Source: Heterodontus francisci (lineage: Eukaryota). From it: a stretch of DNA of 64,000 nucleotides. Positions 63,661 to 64,000 of this stretch are shown here, in pieces. Both the position numbers and the translations under genes were made by a program. How positions within the stretch are numbered: position 1 is the stretch's first letter; every line of letters starts with the position of its first letter. Under the pieces are notes generated by a model, which did no database searches, was not told where the DNA came from, and was given only the letters and a program-made list of their open reading frames with translations. The stretch is taken from NCBI RefSeq assembly GCF_036365525.1, contig NW_027140825.1, forward strand, positions 1,550,001-1,614,000, in the 5' to 3' direction.

Positions 63661-64000
63661 GGTAAGGTCAATGTGGAGGTGCATTTATTTACAGTGACTG
63701 ACAGGACAAAGCAGTTCAGAGCTATCCACTGTCTAGACAAAGAACCACATACAGACTGACCTCAAACTCACGTAATTTTTCCACCAACTCAAAGAGCAGG
63801 GCCTCATCCACAGTTTTATCTTCATGTACCTGGGTTCCAAAATTGGAATTTGCACATGTTTGGCCTCCAACCTCCTTGGTTAAAACACACTGGGTGCACT
63901 GTCAACATTTCAGGACTCCTCATTCCTTGGTTAGACTTCATTTGGAGAACTGTGCACTGTTCCATTCTCATTATACATTGGTTAGATCAAAACTGGAGCA

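Overview
Vertebrate, most likely cartilaginous-fish (shark-type SINE/LINE landscape) T-cell receptor beta V-gene cluster. I find 21 V segments (my labels V1-V21), all on the + strand, mostly leader exon + V exon + 3' RSS. 14 belong to family A (SQTIHQ...CAWS/CAWR, resembling mammalian TRBV30), 6 to family B (...CACS/CTCS, resembling mouse TRBV1) and 1 to family C. Eight look functional (V3, V9, V10, V14, V18, V19, V20, V21), four have open frames but abnormal RSS (V5, V12, V16, V17) and nine are pseudogenes. Most of the cluster is a ~23.5-kb tandem segmental duplication joined by a 4.2-kb C-rich satellite. The most striking feature is a forward CTCF-type motif (CCGGCAGGGGGCAGC) ~37 bp 3' of every family-B RSS, amplified in place into 45-bp tandem arrays of 27, 11 and 4 copies behind three V genes. 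This is a candidate copy-number-tuned loop-extrusion/RAG-scanning element. No D, J or intact C segments are seen. The first 11 kb is LINE fragments and minisatellites with possible decayed Ig C1-like exons. There are three N gaps. All homology calls are by eye, without database searches.
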